Of a DNA stretch of 64,000 nucleotides, positions 1 to 10,638 are shown one piece after another. A program made the position numbers and the translations under genes. The stretch is from Pseudomonadales bacterium. Lineage in GTDB: Bacteria > Pseudomonadota > Gammaproteobacteria > Pseudomonadales > JAUIET01. Position 1 is the stretch's first letter. Each line of letters opens with the position of its first letter. A model generated the notes under the pieces. That model was not told where the DNA came from, ran no database searches, and saw nothing but the letters and a program-made list of their open reading frames with translations. The stretch is from the NCBI GenBank assembly GCA_045105115.1, contig JBGCDE010000054.1, positions 13,313 to 77,312 on the forward strand, written 5' to 3'.

Positions 1-335
1 CGCGGTTAGACAATGTAGTGTATCGAATGGGTTATGGCTCAACGCGTTCAGAAGCGCGTCAACTGGTTGCTCATAAATCCATTATGGTGAATGGCCAAGC
101 CGTAAATATCGCGTCTTATACGGTAGCGGCTGGCGACGTAGTCTCTGTTCGTGAGAAGTCTCAGAAGCAACTGCGAGTTCAGTCTGCTTTGGCATTAGCC
201 GCACAGCGTGGCGAGCCAGACTGGGTTGAAATGGATGCCAGCAAAATGTCTGGTACCTTCAAGCGCGTACCAGAGCGTGATGATCTGCCACCAGAAATCA
301 ACGAAAACCTTATTGTCGAGCTGTACTCGAAGTAA
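1..335 (+). CDS. rpsD: 30S ribosomal protein S4, 3' part (gene starts upstream of the window)
   Basis: Frame is open from position 3 ([10 protein letters not shown]...). The translation ends ...[11 protein letters not shown], the conserved S4 C-terminus. It is followed by rpoA and rplQ as in the alpha operon. Confidence 0.95.
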   Translation, partial: RLDNVVYRMGYGSTRSEARQLVAHKSIMVNGQAVNIASYTVAAGDVVSVREKSQKQLRVQSALALAAQRGEPDWVEMDASKMSGTFKRVPERDDLPPEINENLIVELYSK

Positions 336-387
336 GTAGCGTTTACGCAATACAAGCCCCATTGGAATTAGTGCAACAGGTGTTCAT

Positions 388-1392
388 ATGCAAAGTGCCG
401 TAACGGAATTTTTAACCCCACGCGTCATTGATGTGCAGGACGTTAGCGAAACACAGGCAAAAGTTGTACTTGAGCCTCTGGAGCGCGGTTTTGGTCACAC
501 TCTAGGCAGTGCGCTACGACGCATTCTATTGTCGTCTATGCCGGGCTGCGCCATCACTGAAGTCGACATCGACGGTGTGCTGCATGAATACAGCACCATG
601 GAAGGCGTGCAAGAAGACGTTATCGATATTTTGCTTAACATCAAGGGCATAGCCATCCAGATGGAAGGCAAAGATTCCGCCACGCTAACCTTAAATAAAG
701 TCGGTCCTTGTACCGTGACGGCTGGCGACTTGCAGCTTGAAGCGGATGTTGAAGTTAAAAATCCTGAGCATGTGATTGCTCAACTAAACGACAACGGCAC
801 ACTAAACATGCGTCTTACGGTTGAAAGTGGTCGTGGCTATGTGCCAGCTGATGCGCGTAACCAAGGCGAAGATGAAACTCGCTCAATAGGCCGTCTTGTT
901 TTAGACGCCTCATTCAGTCCGGTTCAGCAAGTATCTTATGTTGTTGAAAGCGCTCGAGTAGAGCAACGCACCGACCTGGACAAGCTGGTTCTTGACCTTC
1001 GCACTGACGGAACAATTGATCCTGAAGAAGCAATTCGTCGTGCCGCCACTATTCTGCAGCAGCAACTGGCTGTGTTTGTTGACCTTGAAAGCGATACGTC
1101 TGATGAGCCGCAGGAAGTTGAAGACGCCATTGACCCAATTCTGTTGCGTCCTGTTGATGACTTGGAGCTAACTGTTCGTTCGGCTAACTGTCTGAAAGCG
1201 GAAAGCATTTACTACATCGGTGATTTAGTTCAGCGCACTGAAGTTGAATTGCTGAAAACACCAAACCTTGGTAAGAAGTCGCTGACTGAAATTAAGGATG
1301 TATTGGCCTCTCGTGGTTTGCAGTTGGGTCTGCGCCTTGAAAGTTGGCCACCTGCAAGCTTGAAGAACGACGAACGCGTTCTGGCTTCTTAA
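388..1392 (+). CDS. rpoA: DNA-directed RNA polymerase subunit alpha
   Basis: 334 aa. Alpha-CTD motif [14 protein letters not shown]...IGDLV...[16 protein letters not shown]. Lies between rpsD and rplQ. Confidence 0.98.
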   Translation: MQSAVTEFLTPRVIDVQDVSETQAKVVLEPLERGFGHTLGSALRRILLSSMPGCAITEVDIDGVLHEYSTMEGVQEDVIDILLNIKGIAIQMEGKDSATLTLNKVGPCTVTAGDLQLEADVEVKNPEHVIAQLNDNGTLNMRLTVESGRGYVPADARNQGEDETRSIGRLVLDASFSPVQQVSYVVESARVEQRTDLDKLVLDLRTDGTIDPEEAIRRAATILQQQLAVFVDLESDTSDEPQEVEDAIDPILLRPVDDLELTVRSANCLKAESIYYIGDLVQRTEVELLKTPNLGKKSLTEIKDVLASRGLQLGLRLESWPPASLKNDERVLAS

Positions 1393-1416
1393 GCATTTAT
1401 AGAAAGGTAGAAACAC

Positions 1417-1827
1417 ATGCGTCATCGTCAAAGCGGTCGTCAGTTAAACCGCAACAGTTCTCACCGCAAAGCGATGTTCCGTAATATGACGGCGTCTTTG
1501 GTTGAGCATGAGTTGATTAAAACGACTTTGCCAAAAGCCAAAGAGCTGCGTCGCGTTGCTGAGCCTCTGATTACTCTGGCTAAAGAAGATTCGGTTGCGA
1601 ATCGTCGTTTGGCGTTTGATAGATTGCGTGACAAGAAGGCGGTGGGCAAACTGTTCACTGAGTTGGGTCCGCGGTATGAAACTCGGCCTGGTGGCTATTT
1701 GCGTATTCTGAAGTGCGGCTTGCGTGCTGGAGATGCGGCACCTATGGCTTATGTTGAGTTGGTTGATCGGCCGATTCCTGAAGAGCCGGATTTTGATGAT
1801 GCCGATGATGCGGTGGAAGAAGACTAA
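1417..1827 (+). CDS. rplQ: 50S ribosomal protein L17
   Basis: 136 aa. Canonical N-terminus [24 protein letters not shown]. Last gene of the alpha operon. Confidence 0.97.
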   Translation: MRHRQSGRQLNRNSSHRKAMFRNMTASLVEHELIKTTLPKAKELRRVAEPLITLAKEDSVANRRLAFDRLRDKKAVGKLFTELGPRYETRPGGYLRILKCGLRAGDAAPMAYVELVDRPIPEEPDFDDADDAVEED

Positions 1828-1850
1828 GCGTCTTCTGCTAACGTTCTGAG

Positions 1851-1881
1851 AAGCCCGCCTTGAGTGGGCTTTTTTGTTTTT
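1851..1881 (+). terminator. Rho-independent terminator downstream of rplQ
   Basis: Stem AAGCCC (1851-1856) / GGGCTT (1866-1871) followed by TTTTTGTTTTT, 24 nt after the rplQ stop. Confidence 0.75.
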
Positions 1882-1915
1882 GACGGTGGTTTCGTTGAGT
1901 TAGTGCCGGTAAGGC

Positions 1916-2060
1916 GTTGAGGAAGCCAGCCCCCTTTTACTTCGTGTCAGCGGCCGCTCCGCGGTACCCTCACTCTCAAAAAAGCCTGCGCTTCGCTTGT
2001 CTTTTTTGTTCCCTCGGCCTGCTTCTTTTACCTACGTAAAAGGGGGCTGACTTCCTCAAC
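1916..2060. repeat. Long-hairpin intergenic element, copy 1
   Basis: Arms 1916-1940 and 2036-2060 are complementary at 24 of 25 nt. The interior of about 95 nt is homologous to copies 2 and 3. Central A-run/hairpin/T-run at 1978-2007. Confidence 0.8.
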
Positions 2061-2092
2061 TCGCATTGTGCTGCTTAGTTAGTTCTTAATTC

Positions 2093-2255
2093 GTGACGCG
2101 GCGAATAGTTTACTTCGCTTCGCTCGCTGGCCGGTCCCCGACTCCGAATGGCTGCGCCATACCCTCTTTCCTAAAAATGCCTTTCTGCGAAAGTCATTTT
2201 TACTTTCTCGGCCTTGCTCTTTTACCTTCGCGAAGCAAACTATTCGCCGCGTCAC
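2093..2255. repeat. Long-hairpin intergenic element, copy 2
   Basis: Arms 2093-2118 and 2230-2255 are complementary at 25 of 26 nt. The core has the same orientation as copy 1 and an insertion of about 25 nt. Central A-run/hairpin/T-run at 2173-2201. Confidence 0.8.
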
Positions 2256-2391
2256 TCTGTTCACGGTGGCGTCTAGTGCTTAGTCTCATACTTTTCTTTG
2301 TAAAATTGAATCGCTTGACGGAGCTGCGTTAGACAGCATTTTTCCTAGAAGCGTTGATACGCCACGGTGTTTGATCAATGCTAAGTACTGA

Positions 2392-2536
2392 GCAAAGCTG
2401 CGGCCAGGATTTTCTACGCAGGTAAAAGAAGCGGCTGAGCGGACAAAAAAGACTTTCGCAGAAAGGCTTTTTTGGAAGAGAAGGTACCGCGGAGCGGCCG
2501 TTGACACGAAGTAGAAGGCCCTGGCCGCAGCTTTGC
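2392..2536. repeat. Long-hairpin intergenic element, copy 3 (core inverted relative to copies 1 and 2)
   Basis: Arms 2392-2408 and 2520-2536 are complementary at 17 of 17 nt. The reverse complement of the core matches the copy 1 core (ACTTCGTGTCAACGGCCGCTCCGCGGTACC...). Central A-run/hairpin/T-run at 2445-2473. Confidence 0.8.
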
Positions 2537-2590
2537 GCGTCGCCGCACAGTACTGGTTGGTCAGTACGCCCGCGGCTTACCTAATTGGAA

Positions 2591-5422
2591 CTATGCAGCC
2601 AAGGTACTTTTCAAAAATTGCCCAGTAAACGACTTCTTGCTAGCAGCTACATCTTCCGGCGTACCCGTCGCAATAATCTGACCACCGCCAGAACCACCCT
2701 CTGGCCCCAAATCAATAACCCAGTCGGCAGTTTTAATCACGTCCAAGTTATGCTCAATCACCACCACGGTATTGCCCTGGTCTCTCAGCCTGTGCAGTAC
2801 CTGCAGCAATTGCTTGATGTCATGGAAATGCAATCCAGTAGTGGGCTCGTCTAGTATGTACAGGGTTTGCCCTGTGCCGCGTTTTGAGAGTTCTCTGGAA
2901 AGTTTTACGCGTTGTGCTTCGCCACCCGATAGAGTGGTGGCGGCTTGACCCAGGCGTATGTAAGACAAGCCTACGTCTATGAGAGTTTGCAGCTTTCTGG
3001 AAATAGCGGGAATGTTGGTAAAGAATTCGCCGGCTTCTTCGATGGTCATGTTAAGAACATCGTCGATGCTTTTACCCTTGTATTTGATCTCCAGTGTTTC
3101 GCGGTTGTAGCGTTTGCTTTTGCACACATCGCATGGCACGTAGATATCAGGCAGGAAGTGCATTTCTACTTTGGTTACGCCGTCGCCTTGGCAGGCTTCA
3201 CAACGGCCACCTTTTACGTTGAAGCTGAAGCGACCAGGTTTATAGCCTCGCGATCGGGCTTCTTGTGTACCAGCAAATAGCTCCCGAACGGGCGTGAAGA
3301 TGCCTGTGTAGGTTGCGGGGTTAGATCGTGGGGTGCGACCGATAGGGCTTTGGTCGATGTCGATGCATTTGTCGATCTTGTCGAGACCACTAATAGAATC
3401 GTGCGGCGCGGGCGTTAAGGTGGTGGCGCCGTTTAGTTCGGTGGCGGCTAATGGATACAGAGTTTGATTAATCAGGGTGGATTTGCCAGAGCCCGATACA
3501 CCGGTCACGCAGGTCAGCAAGCCCAGTGGCACATCCAGATCAACATTTTGCAGGTTGTGGCCTGACGCGCCTTGCAGATGCAGGAAGTAGTCGTCTTTAG
3601 GCGGGGTGCGCAGATTGGGTATAACAATCTTCTCTTTGCCGGAAAGATACTTTCCTGTCAGTGATTTTTTTGAATTCAGAATATCTTTTAGTTTACCTTG
3701 AGCCACTATTTCGCCGCCGTGTACGCCGGCTCCTGGGCCAATATCGAGTATATGGTCAGCTGCGCGAATGGCATCTTCGTCGTGTTCAACAACAATAACG
3801 GTATTGCCGAGATCGCGAAGGTGTATCAGCGTGTCCAGCAAGCGTTGGTTGTCTCTCTGGTGTAAGCCAATCGAAGGTTCGTCCAGGATGTACATAACGC
3901 CCACTAAGCCGGCACCAATTTGGCTTGCAAGGCGAATACGCTGTGCCTCACCGCCGGACAAGGTGTCGGCGCTGCGGTCCAGAGTTAGGTAGTTCAATCC
4001 AACATTTACCAGGAACTGCAGGCGTGCGCGCAGTTCTTTGAGGATTTTTTCTGAAATTTCGCCACGGCGACCTTCCAGCTTCATGTTGCTGAAGTAGTCG
4101 TGTGCGTCACCGACGGGCATTGCGGATACTGTTGGCAGATTTATTTCATCAACAAACACATTGCGCGAGGCGGTGGAAAGTCTTGTGCCTTCGCACTCTG
4201 GGCAAGATTGACTGCTGATGTATTTTGCCAGGTCCTCACGCACCATCTGCGAGTCTGTGTCACGATAACGTCGCTCAAGATTCGGGATTACGCCCTCAAA
4301 TCTATGGCTGCGTTTGAATACATCGCCGCGATCGTTAACGTAACTGAAACTGATGGTTTCATTGCCGCTACCTTGCAGTATCGCCTTTTGGTGTTTCTTG
4401 GCGAGCTTTTCAAACGGCTGGTCAATGTCAAAATCGTAGTGCTCAGACAGTGATTTCAGCATATGAAAATAATATACGCTGCGTCTGTCCCAGCCTCTGA
4501 TCGCTCCCTCAGCCAAACTGGACTCTGGATGCTGAACGATTCGATCATGATCGAAAAACTGTTTTACACCGAGACCGTCACACCCGCTGCACGCACCGGC
4601 CGGGTTATTGAAGGAAAACATGCGTGGTTCGAGCTCGCTAATGCTGTAGCCACATACCGGGCAGGCAAAACGTGCTGAAAACGAGATTTCTTCAGTGCTG
4701 TTGTCATCATCGATTGGTGCAACGATGGCTATTCCGTCTGACAGTTGCAAAGCGGTCTCGAACGAATCGGCAAGGCGCTGCTGTAAGTCATCTCTGACCT
4801 TGAAACGGTCTACCACCACTTCGATACTGTGTTTCTTCTTTTTGTCTAGCTTTGGCACTTCGTCTAGCTCAATAACAATGCCGTCAACACGTGCGCGCAC
4901 AAAGCCGCCTGAGCGCAGCTCATTAAAGACATGTAAGTGCTCGCCCTTGCGATCGCGCACTAGAGGTGAAAGCAACATCAAACGGCAACCTTCGTCCATC
5001 CCAAGCACCGTGTCGACCATTTGGCTAACAGTCTGTGCCTCCAGGGCTTCACCGTGGTCCGGGCAGCGCGGAGTACCAACACGTGCATAAAGAAGCCTGA
5101 GATAGTCGTAAATTTCGGTGATGGTGCCGACTGTAGAGCGGGGGTTATGCGATGTGGATTTTTGCTCGATCGAAATAGCCGGCGACAAACCTTCAATGTG
5201 CTCAACATCGGGCTTTTCCATCATGGAAAGGAATTGCCGTGCATAGGCAGACAGCGACTCTACGTAACGTCGTTGGCCCTCTGCATATAATGTGTCAAAT
5301 GCCAGCGATGACTTGCCTGAGCCGGATAGGCCAGTAATCACGACGAGCTTGTCGCGCGGTAATTCCAGGTCAAAGTTCTTGAGGTTATGGGTTCGCGCAC
5401 CGCGAACGATGATTTTGTCCAT
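2591..5422 (-). CDS. uvrA: Excinuclease ABC subunit A
   Basis: 943 aa starting [16 protein letters not shown]. Two ABC modules (Walker [10 protein letters not shown] and GVSGSGKST; LSGGEAQR signature twice) and CxxC zinc-finger pairs. Confidence 0.98.
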   Translation of the reverse strand: MDKIIVRGARTHNLKNFDLELPRDKLVVITGLSGSGKSSLAFDTLYAEGQRRYVESLSAYARQFLSMMEKPDVEHIEGLSPAISIEQKSTSHNPRSTVGTITEIYDYLRLLYARVGTPRCPDHGEALEAQTVSQMVDTVLGMDEGCRLMLLSPLVRDRKGEHLHVFNELRSGGFVRARVDGIVIELDEVPKLDKKKKHSIEVVVDRFKVRDDLQQRLADSFETALQLSDGIAIVAPIDDDNSTEEISFSARFACPVCGYSISELEPRMFSFNNPAGACSGCDGLGVKQFFDHDRIVQHPESSLAEGAIRGWDRRSVYYFHMLKSLSEHYDFDIDQPFEKLAKKHQKAILQGSGNETISFSYVNDRGDVFKRSHRFEGVIPNLERRYRDTDSQMVREDLAKYISSQSCPECEGTRLSTASRNVFVDEINLPTVSAMPVGDAHDYFSNMKLEGRRGEISEKILKELRARLQFLVNVGLNYLTLDRSADTLSGGEAQRIRLASQIGAGLVGVMYILDEPSIGLHQRDNQRLLDTLIHLRDLGNTVIVVEHDEDAIRAADHILDIGPGAGVHGGEIVAQGKLKDILNSKKSLTGKYLSGKEKIVIPNLRTPPKDDYFLHLQGASGHNLQNVDLDVPLGLLTCVTGVSGSGKSTLINQTLYPLAATELNGATTLTPAPHDSISGLDKIDKCIDIDQSPIGRTPRSNPATYTGIFTPVRELFAGTQEARSRGYKPGRFSFNVKGGRCEACQGDGVTKVEMHFLPDIYVPCDVCKSKRYNRETLEIKYKGKSIDDVLNMTIEEAGEFFTNIPAISRKLQTLIDVGLSYIRLGQAATTLSGGEAQRVKLSRELSKRGTGQTLYILDEPTTGLHFHDIKQLLQVLHRLRDQGNTVVVIEHNLDVIKTADWVIDLGPEGGSGGGQIIATGTPEDVAASKKSFTGQFLKSTLAA

Positions 5423-5605
5423 TCAATAATGTCTGCGTTGATAAGAAAATGCCGGCGAACCGCGAAGTATACTGTGGCGGCAGTAGGCATTGCAAAATCG
5501 GATTGCAGTAGCTGCTATTTATCTGCCACAAGGTGTTACGTTGCCAAATCGCGGAAAGATCTGTGCCAAGCTTAAAAATAGAGGCCAACACGAGTGAATT
5601 GGTGC

Positions 5606-5633
5606 TTTCACAAGTAGCGTAGTTTGGTATAGT
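5606..5633 (+). promoter_or_regulatory. Candidate sigma70 promoter for ssb (extended -10)
   Basis: TTTCAC (5606-5611), 16 nt spacer, then TGgTATAGT (5625-5633), about 30 nt upstream of the ssb start. Pattern match only. Confidence 0.3.
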
Positions 5634-5664
5634 CCGACCACGAAGTAATCAGTGGAGAGCGGCA

Positions 5665-6162
5665 ATGGCGCGCGGCGTAAACAAAGTAATTCTGGTCGGT
5701 AACTGCGGGCAAGATCCCGAAAGCAAGTACATGCCCAGTGGTAATGCGGTCACCAATGTGTCGATTGCTACATCCGAATCATGGAAAGACAAGCAAACCG
5801 GCCAGCCTCAGGAGCGTACTGAGTGGCACCGGGTAGTGTTTTTCAATCGTTTGGGTGAAATTGCTGGCGAGTACCTTCGCAAAGGTTCAAAAGTATATGT
5901 TGAAGGAAGTCTGCGCACGCGTAAGTGGCAGGATCAGTCAGGGCAAGACCGCTACACCACGGAAATTGTCGCCAGCGAAATGCAGATGCTCGACAGTCGC
6001 CAGGGCGCTGGCGGTGGCTACCAGCAGGGTGGTGCTCCACAGCAGCAGTCAGCACCGCAACAGCAGCACCAGCAACAAGCCGCGCCGCATCAACAGGCCG
6101 CACCTCAGGCAGCGCCAGCGGGCGACAACTTCAATGACTTTGATGACGATATTCCGTTTTGA
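5665..6162 (+). CDS. ssb: Single-stranded DNA-binding protein
   Basis: 165 aa. OB-fold N-terminus [19 protein letters not shown], Gln/Pro-rich linker, acidic tip DFDDDIPF. Divergent from uvrA as in many gammaproteobacteria. Confidence 0.97.
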   Translation: MARGVNKVILVGNCGQDPESKYMPSGNAVTNVSIATSESWKDKQTGQPQERTEWHRVVFFNRLGEIAGEYLRKGSKVYVEGSLRTRKWQDQSGQDRYTTEIVASEMQMLDSRQGAGGGYQQGGAPQQQSAPQQQHQQQAAPHQQAAPQAAPAGDNFNDFDDDIPF

Positions 6163-6935
6163 ATGTACTCCTTCTGGGAGCTGGTCATCAGGTCGCTCAG
6201 GAGCTTTCTGGTCTGCTTGACCAGTCCAGAATCAGCTACCAGCAAATAGCGCTGCCCAGCCTTGAGGAAACGCTTAGCGACGAGCTAATCAGTGAAATCG
6301 CAACGATGCAAAGCGACAGCGTTGTGTTCACGCCGCAAATTCCACTCAGCAGATTGTCTTTTCGGCGCCGTCTGCATTTAGTCGATATGGTCAAAACCCT
6401 GTGTGGGGCTGTCTCGAAGAACAATATACCGTTTCTGCATTTGAGCAGCTCCAGTGTTTATGATGGGCGTGCCAAGCAGGCCTATTCAGAGTTAGATAAG
6501 CCTAGCCCCGCATCGGATATGGCCAAAGTGTGGCATCGCTGGGAGTCGATTGTTCGAAAGCAGTTTCAAAAGCACATCATTTTGCGTCCTGGCTGGCTAC
6601 TGGGTCGCGAACGAGCCTATTTGTCTTCTGAGGTAAAGCAGGCGCTAGGTGATCATACCGCGCCCGATTTAGTCGCTCAGGCCACGGGCACGCCAGTGGC
6701 ACCGGAAGAGGTAGCCCGGGCAATGTTTGCAATTCTTAGACAGCTAGAGACCGGGGCGCGCAACCATGGTGTGTTTCATATCGCCAGCAAGGATGTTTTA
6801 AGCTCAGCGAGAATGCTTGAGCGGATAGCGCCGGACTCCTATTTAAATATTGATGCGCACAGTAAAGTATTAAACTACGAACTGGATTGCCAGAAAATAC
6901 TGCGCAATTTCGGTATACAACAACGTTCCTGGTAG
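6159..6935 (+). CDS. RmlD/SDR-like Rossmann-fold protein with an apparently degenerate catalytic motif
   Basis: 258 aa. TTG start overlaps the ssb stop by 4 nt. The N-terminus [16 protein letters not shown] and the segment [23 protein letters not shown] resemble dTDP-4-dehydrorhamnose-reductase-like proteins. The expected YxxxK position reads MAKVW. Confidence 0.55.
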   Translation: MNVLLLGAGHQVAQELSGLLDQSRISYQQIALPSLEETLSDELISEIATMQSDSVVFTPQIPLSRLSFRRRLHLVDMVKTLCGAVSKNNIPFLHLSSSSVYDGRAKQAYSELDKPSPASDMAKVWHRWESIVRKQFQKHIILRPGWLLGRERAYLSSEVKQALGDHTAPDLVAQATGTPVAPEEVARAMFAILRQLETGARNHGVFHIASKDVLSSARMLERIAPDSYLNIDAHSKVLNYELDCQKILRNFGIQQRSW

Positions 6936-6939
6936 CACA

Positions 6940-7464
6940 ATGCAAGACAACGAACAGACAAGCATGGATATCGCGGTGATTACCGTATCCGATACCCGTA
7001 CCCGCAGTAACGATACGTCAGGTGATTATCTTGATGATGCCTGTGTAGCGGCGGGTCATCGCGTACCGTATCGCGAAATTGTTAAAGACGATATTTATCA
7101 ATTGCGTGCTTGCGTTTCAAAATTGATTGCCGATCCAGATATCAAAGTAGTTCTGATGACTGGTGGTACCGGATTTTCTGGCAGAGATTCCACGCCCGAA
7201 GCCATGACGCCGCTGTTTGATAAAACCATCGAGGGTTTTGGTGAAGTGTTTCGCCATTTGTCTTATATGGAAATTGGATCGTCTACGGTTCAATCGCGTG
7301 CCTTGGGCGGCATCGCTAACGATACAGCTATTTTCTGCATTCCCGGTTCGACCGGAGCATGTAAAACAGCATGGGAAGGAATCTTGAGTGAACAACTTGA
7401 TGCGCAGCATAAGCCTTGTAATTTTGTGGGTGTTCTGAAAACGCGTGAGCAGCGCGTTTACTAA
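6940..7464 (+). CDS. moaB: Molybdenum cofactor biosynthesis protein B (MoaB/Mog family)
   Basis: 174 aa. Motif MTGGTGFSGRDSTPEA. Adjacent to moeA. Confidence 0.85.
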   Translation: MQDNEQTSMDIAVITVSDTRTRSNDTSGDYLDDACVAAGHRVPYREIVKDDIYQLRACVSKLIADPDIKVVLMTGGTGFSGRDSTPEAMTPLFDKTIEGFGEVFRHLSYMEIGSSTVQSRALGGIANDTAIFCIPGSTGACKTAWEGILSEQLDAQHKPCNFVGVLKTREQRVY

Positions 7465-7476
7465 CGAGTCTTAATA

Positions 7477-8688
7477 ATGCCTCCCCAATTAACGCCGGTT
7501 TCCAAGGCACGTGATTTTCTGCTGTCCGATGTACAGGCAACGTCAATCGTAGAACAGCGCAGTTTGCTTTCCAGTACCAACTGCGTATTGGCTGAAGACA
7601 TAGTGGCATCAATAAACGTACCGCCCAGTGATAATTCGGCTATGGATGGTTATGCTCTGCGAGCAGCTGATGTGACCGCTTCGGTTGAATTGCCGATCAC
7701 CCAAGTGATTTATGCGGGTCATGCAGGGTGCGCGCTTGCGCCAGGAGCGGCTGCACGAATTTTCACAGGTGCGAGTATCCCCGAGAATGCCGATACCGTG
7801 GTGATGCAGGAAAACTGCGAAGAGAAAGACGGCCAGCTGCAGGTGAATCAATCTGTTTCCTGCGGTGATAATGTGCGCGCTCGAGGGCAGGACATTAAGG
7901 CCGGTAGCCTGGTTTTCTCGCAGGGTACTCGATTGAGTGCCCGACATATTGGTTTAGCAGCCTCTCTGGGTAAAGCGGTTCTACCAGTTTTTAAGCCGCT
8001 TACCGCAGCAGTGCTGTCAACAGGTGATGAGCTATTGGAACCGGGCGAAGCGGCTGGTAGTGATCAAATCTACAATTCAAACCGCTATCTTTTGAGTGCT
8101 TTGTTGGAGCGCCTTGGTATACATGTAATAGATGCCGGGATTGTGCCCGACAACCTGGAAGCAACAAAAGACTGCCTTTCAGAAATAAGCAAAAATGCAG
8201 ACATAGTCATATCAAGTGGCGGCGTCTCGGTGGGTGATGCTGATTTCGTCAAAACCGTCATTGAATCGCTCGGTCAACTCGATTTTTGGAAGCTGGCGAT
8301 GAAGCCTGGTAAGCCACTGGCTTACGGTCGAATAGGAAGTACACCTTTTTTCGGTTTGCCGGGTAATCCGGTTTCTGTATTTGCAACATTTGCCGTGATT
8401 GTAAAACCGTATTTGCTGCGAATGCAGGGCATCAAAGGCGACGTTTGCCCTAAAGCAATCCCGGTTCGCGCGGACTTCAATTGGTCAAAAGCTGGGACCC
8501 GGGAAGAATACTTGAGGGCGAAGTTGGTTCGCGACAATGATGAGACTGTTTTAACAGTGTTTCCGAACCAGAGCTCAGGTGTTCTCAGTAGTGTGGTATG
8601 GGCAGATGGTTTTGCAGTTATCCCTGCAGGTACAACCGTTGCCGCAGGTGATATTGTCGACTTCATGCCATTTGATGGCATTCTGTAA
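7477..8688 (+). CDS. moeA: Molybdopterin molybdenumtransferase
   Basis: 403 aa. MoeA motifs SSGGVSVGDADF and GLPGNPVS. Confidence 0.9.
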   Translation: MPPQLTPVSKARDFLLSDVQATSIVEQRSLLSSTNCVLAEDIVASINVPPSDNSAMDGYALRAADVTASVELPITQVIYAGHAGCALAPGAAARIFTGASIPENADTVVMQENCEEKDGQLQVNQSVSCGDNVRARGQDIKAGSLVFSQGTRLSARHIGLAASLGKAVLPVFKPLTAAVLSTGDELLEPGEAAGSDQIYNSNRYLLSALLERLGIHVIDAGIVPDNLEATKDCLSEISKNADIVISSGGVSVGDADFVKTVIESLGQLDFWKLAMKPGKPLAYGRIGSTPFFGLPGNPVSVFATFAVIVKPYLLRMQGIKGDVCPKAIPVRADFNWSKAGTREEYLRAKLVRDNDETVLTVFPNQSSGVLSSVVWADGFAVIPAGTTVAAGDIVDFMPFDGIL

Positions 8689-8689
8689 A

Positions 8690-9907
8690 TCAGGCCTGGT
8701 AGCGCTGCATTACCAGGCTTGCATTGGTTCCGCCGAAACCAAAACTGTTAGACATTACGCGTTGCAGTCCAGCGTTTTCCAGCGTTTCCGTCGCAATCGG
8801 TAGGCCTTCTGCATTAGCGTCAAGCTGATTGATATTCGCCGAGGCGGCAATAAAGTCGCCTTTTAGCATCAGCAGGCTGTAAATTGCTTCCTGTACTCCG
8901 GCCGCGCCTAGAGAGTGTCCGGAAAGAGACTTCGTGGAGCTGATCGCGGGAATGTCACCAGTGAAGGTTTCTTTGATCGCACCCAATTCAGCAAGATCTC
9001 CGACTGGTGTGCTGGTACCGTGAGCATTAATGTATTGCACAGGACCATCAAGCGTGGAGAGCGCCTGACGCATACATCGCTGTGCACCTTCGCCGCTTGG
9101 TGCCACCATGTCGTAACCGTCAGAGGTGGCCCCATAGCCAGTTACTTCCGCTACTATGTTAGCGCCGCGTGCCAGGGCGTGTTCAAGCTCTTCGAGAACA
9201 ACCATGCCGCCGCCGCCAGCAATCACGAATCCATCACGGTCAGCGTCATAGGCGCGGCTAGCATGCTCGGGCTGGTCATTGTATTTGGTGGACAAGGCGC
9301 CCATCGCATCAAAAAGACAGCTTAGGGTCCAGTGCTCTTCTTCGCCGCCGCCGGCAAATACAATGTCTTGCTTACCCATTTGGATTTGCTCATAGGCATT
9401 GCCAATACAGTGTGCGCTGGTAGAGCACGCTGATGAGATTGAATAATTAACGCCTTTGATTTTGAAAGGTGTCGCAAGGCAGGCAGACACGGTGCTGCCC
9501 ATGGTTTGTGTTACGCGATAAGGCCCGATGCGCTTCACACCTTTATTGCGCATTGTGTCGGCCGCTTCTACCTGGTTAGCAGATGACGCACCACCCGAGC
9601 CTGCTATAATTCCGGTACGCTCGTTGGAGACCATCTCTTCTGACAGTTGCGCATCAGCAATAGCGTCTTGCATGCTGATGTAGGCATAGGCTGCGGCTGC
9701 CCCCATAAAGCGCAGTTTCTTTCGATCTATTCGCTCAGCCAGATCAATATCAGGCCGACCAGATACATGGCTTCTGAAGCCCATCTCTGCGTAGTCTTCA
9801 CGAAAGCTGATCCCAGATTTGGAGTTGCGGAGTGCGTCAGTCACGGTTGCCTGATCATTTCCCAGACAGCTCACTATCCCCATTCCAGTAATCACTACAC
9901 GCTTCAT
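8690..9907 (-). CDS. fabB: 3-oxoacyl-ACP synthase I
   Basis: 405 aa. Active-site Cys context [14 protein letters not shown]. His motifs [11 protein letters not shown] and [12 protein letters not shown]. Immediately downstream of fabA. Confidence 0.92.
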   Translation of the reverse strand: MKRVVITGMGIVSCLGNDQATVTDALRNSKSGISFREDYAEMGFRSHVSGRPDIDLAERIDRKKLRFMGAAAAYAYISMQDAIADAQLSEEMVSNERTGIIAGSGGASSANQVEAADTMRNKGVKRIGPYRVTQTMGSTVSACLATPFKIKGVNYSISSACSTSAHCIGNAYEQIQMGKQDIVFAGGGEEEHWTLSCLFDAMGALSTKYNDQPEHASRAYDADRDGFVIAGGGGMVVLEELEHALARGANIVAEVTGYGATSDGYDMVAPSGEGAQRCMRQALSTLDGPVQYINAHGTSTPVGDLAELGAIKETFTGDIPAISSTKSLSGHSLGAAGVQEAIYSLLMLKGDFIAASANINQLDANAEGLPIATETLENAGLQRVMSNSFGFGGTNASLVMQRYQA

Positions 9908-9955
9908 TAAAACTTACTCCAAATACAACTGTATATTTTTCTTAAATCTCTAAAA

Positions 9956-10489
9956 TCAGCCGGCTTCATTGTTTGGGTTGGTAAATAAGCCAACTCGCAG
10001 ATCTTTAGCTGTGTAAATTTCTTCACCGTCAACACTCATCACACCGTCAGCAATACCCATGATTAGCTTGCGCTCAATCACACGTTTCAAATCCAGGCGA
10101 TAGCTTACGGTTGTGGCACTGGGCAATACTTGACCGGTAAATTTAATTTCGCCAGCACCGAGTGCGCGACCTTTGCCGGGATTGCCTCTCCAACCGAGGT
10201 AAAATCCAACCAGTTGCCACATGGCATCCAGACCCAGGCAGCCAGGCATTACCGGGTCGCCGGGGAAATGGCATTGAAAAAACCAAAGGTCTTCGCTTAT
10301 ATCCAGCTCGGCCTCAACAATACCCTTGCCATGTGCGCCACCTTCGGAGTTGATCAGGGTGATGCGATCCATCATCAACATGTTGTCGATCGGTAGTTGT
10401 GCATTACCTTCGCCAAACATGCGGCCCATGCCACAATCTACGAGTTCTTGTTTACTGAATTGGGATTGCTGCAAAGCCATAAGACGCAT
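9956..10489 (-). CDS. fabA: 3-hydroxydecanoyl-ACP dehydratase/isomerase
   Basis: 177 aa. FabA signature [31 protein letters not shown]. Confidence 0.95.
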   Translation of the reverse strand: MRLMALQQSQFSKQELVDCGMGRMFGEGNAQLPIDNMLMMDRITLINSEGGAHGKGIVEAELDISEDLWFFQCHFPGDPVMPGCLGLDAMWQLVGFYLGWRGNPGKGRALGAGEIKFTGQVLPSATTVSYRLDLKRVIERKLIMGIADGVMSVDGEEIYTAKDLRVGLFTNPNNEAG

Positions 10490-10638
10490 TTCTGGATAAA
10501 GTTTCGGCTCAAATTGTACAGTAAATTAGCAACTACTTCGCCTGCCGCACTAGCCTTTAATAATTACCTAAATTGTCTTACAGAATTGCCTGACCGAGTC
10601 TATTATTTAAGGAGAAACCCCATATATAAGGCTAAATT

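Noticed and set aside
2079-2507. Three tracked ORFs (2079-2264 minus, 2093-2332 plus, 2286-2507 minus) inside the rplQ-uvrA gap.
   Set aside because: They lie entirely within the hairpin repeat elements. They overlap one another on opposite strands, have low-complexity translations and have no ribosome-binding context. They are most likely artefacts of the palindromic sequence.
1916-2536. The repeat array as a CRISPR array or a string of integron attC sites.
   Set aside because: The units are about 145-165 bp long hairpins, not 25-40 bp direct repeats with unique spacers, and there are no cas genes. The outer arms read GTTGAGG...CCTCAAC, GTGACGC...GCGTCAC and so on. They do not have the RYYYAAC...GTTRRRY arrangement of attC, and no integrase is present.
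5470-5485. Possible LexA/SOS box in the uvrA-ssb divergent region (TACTGTGGCGGCAGTA).
   Set aside because: The half-sites are spaced CTG-N6-CAG, not the gammaproteobacterial CTGT-N8-ACAG. No other CTGT-N8-ACAG occurs in 5423-5664. It remains an imperfect 16-bp palindrome of unknown meaning.
5855-6220. Alternative-frame ORFs over the 3' half of ssb (5855-6220, 5925-6137, 5843-6103).
   Set aside because: They arise from the CAG/CCG-rich repeat that encodes the Gln/Pro linker of SSB. The ssb frame ends in the conserved DFDDDIPF tip.
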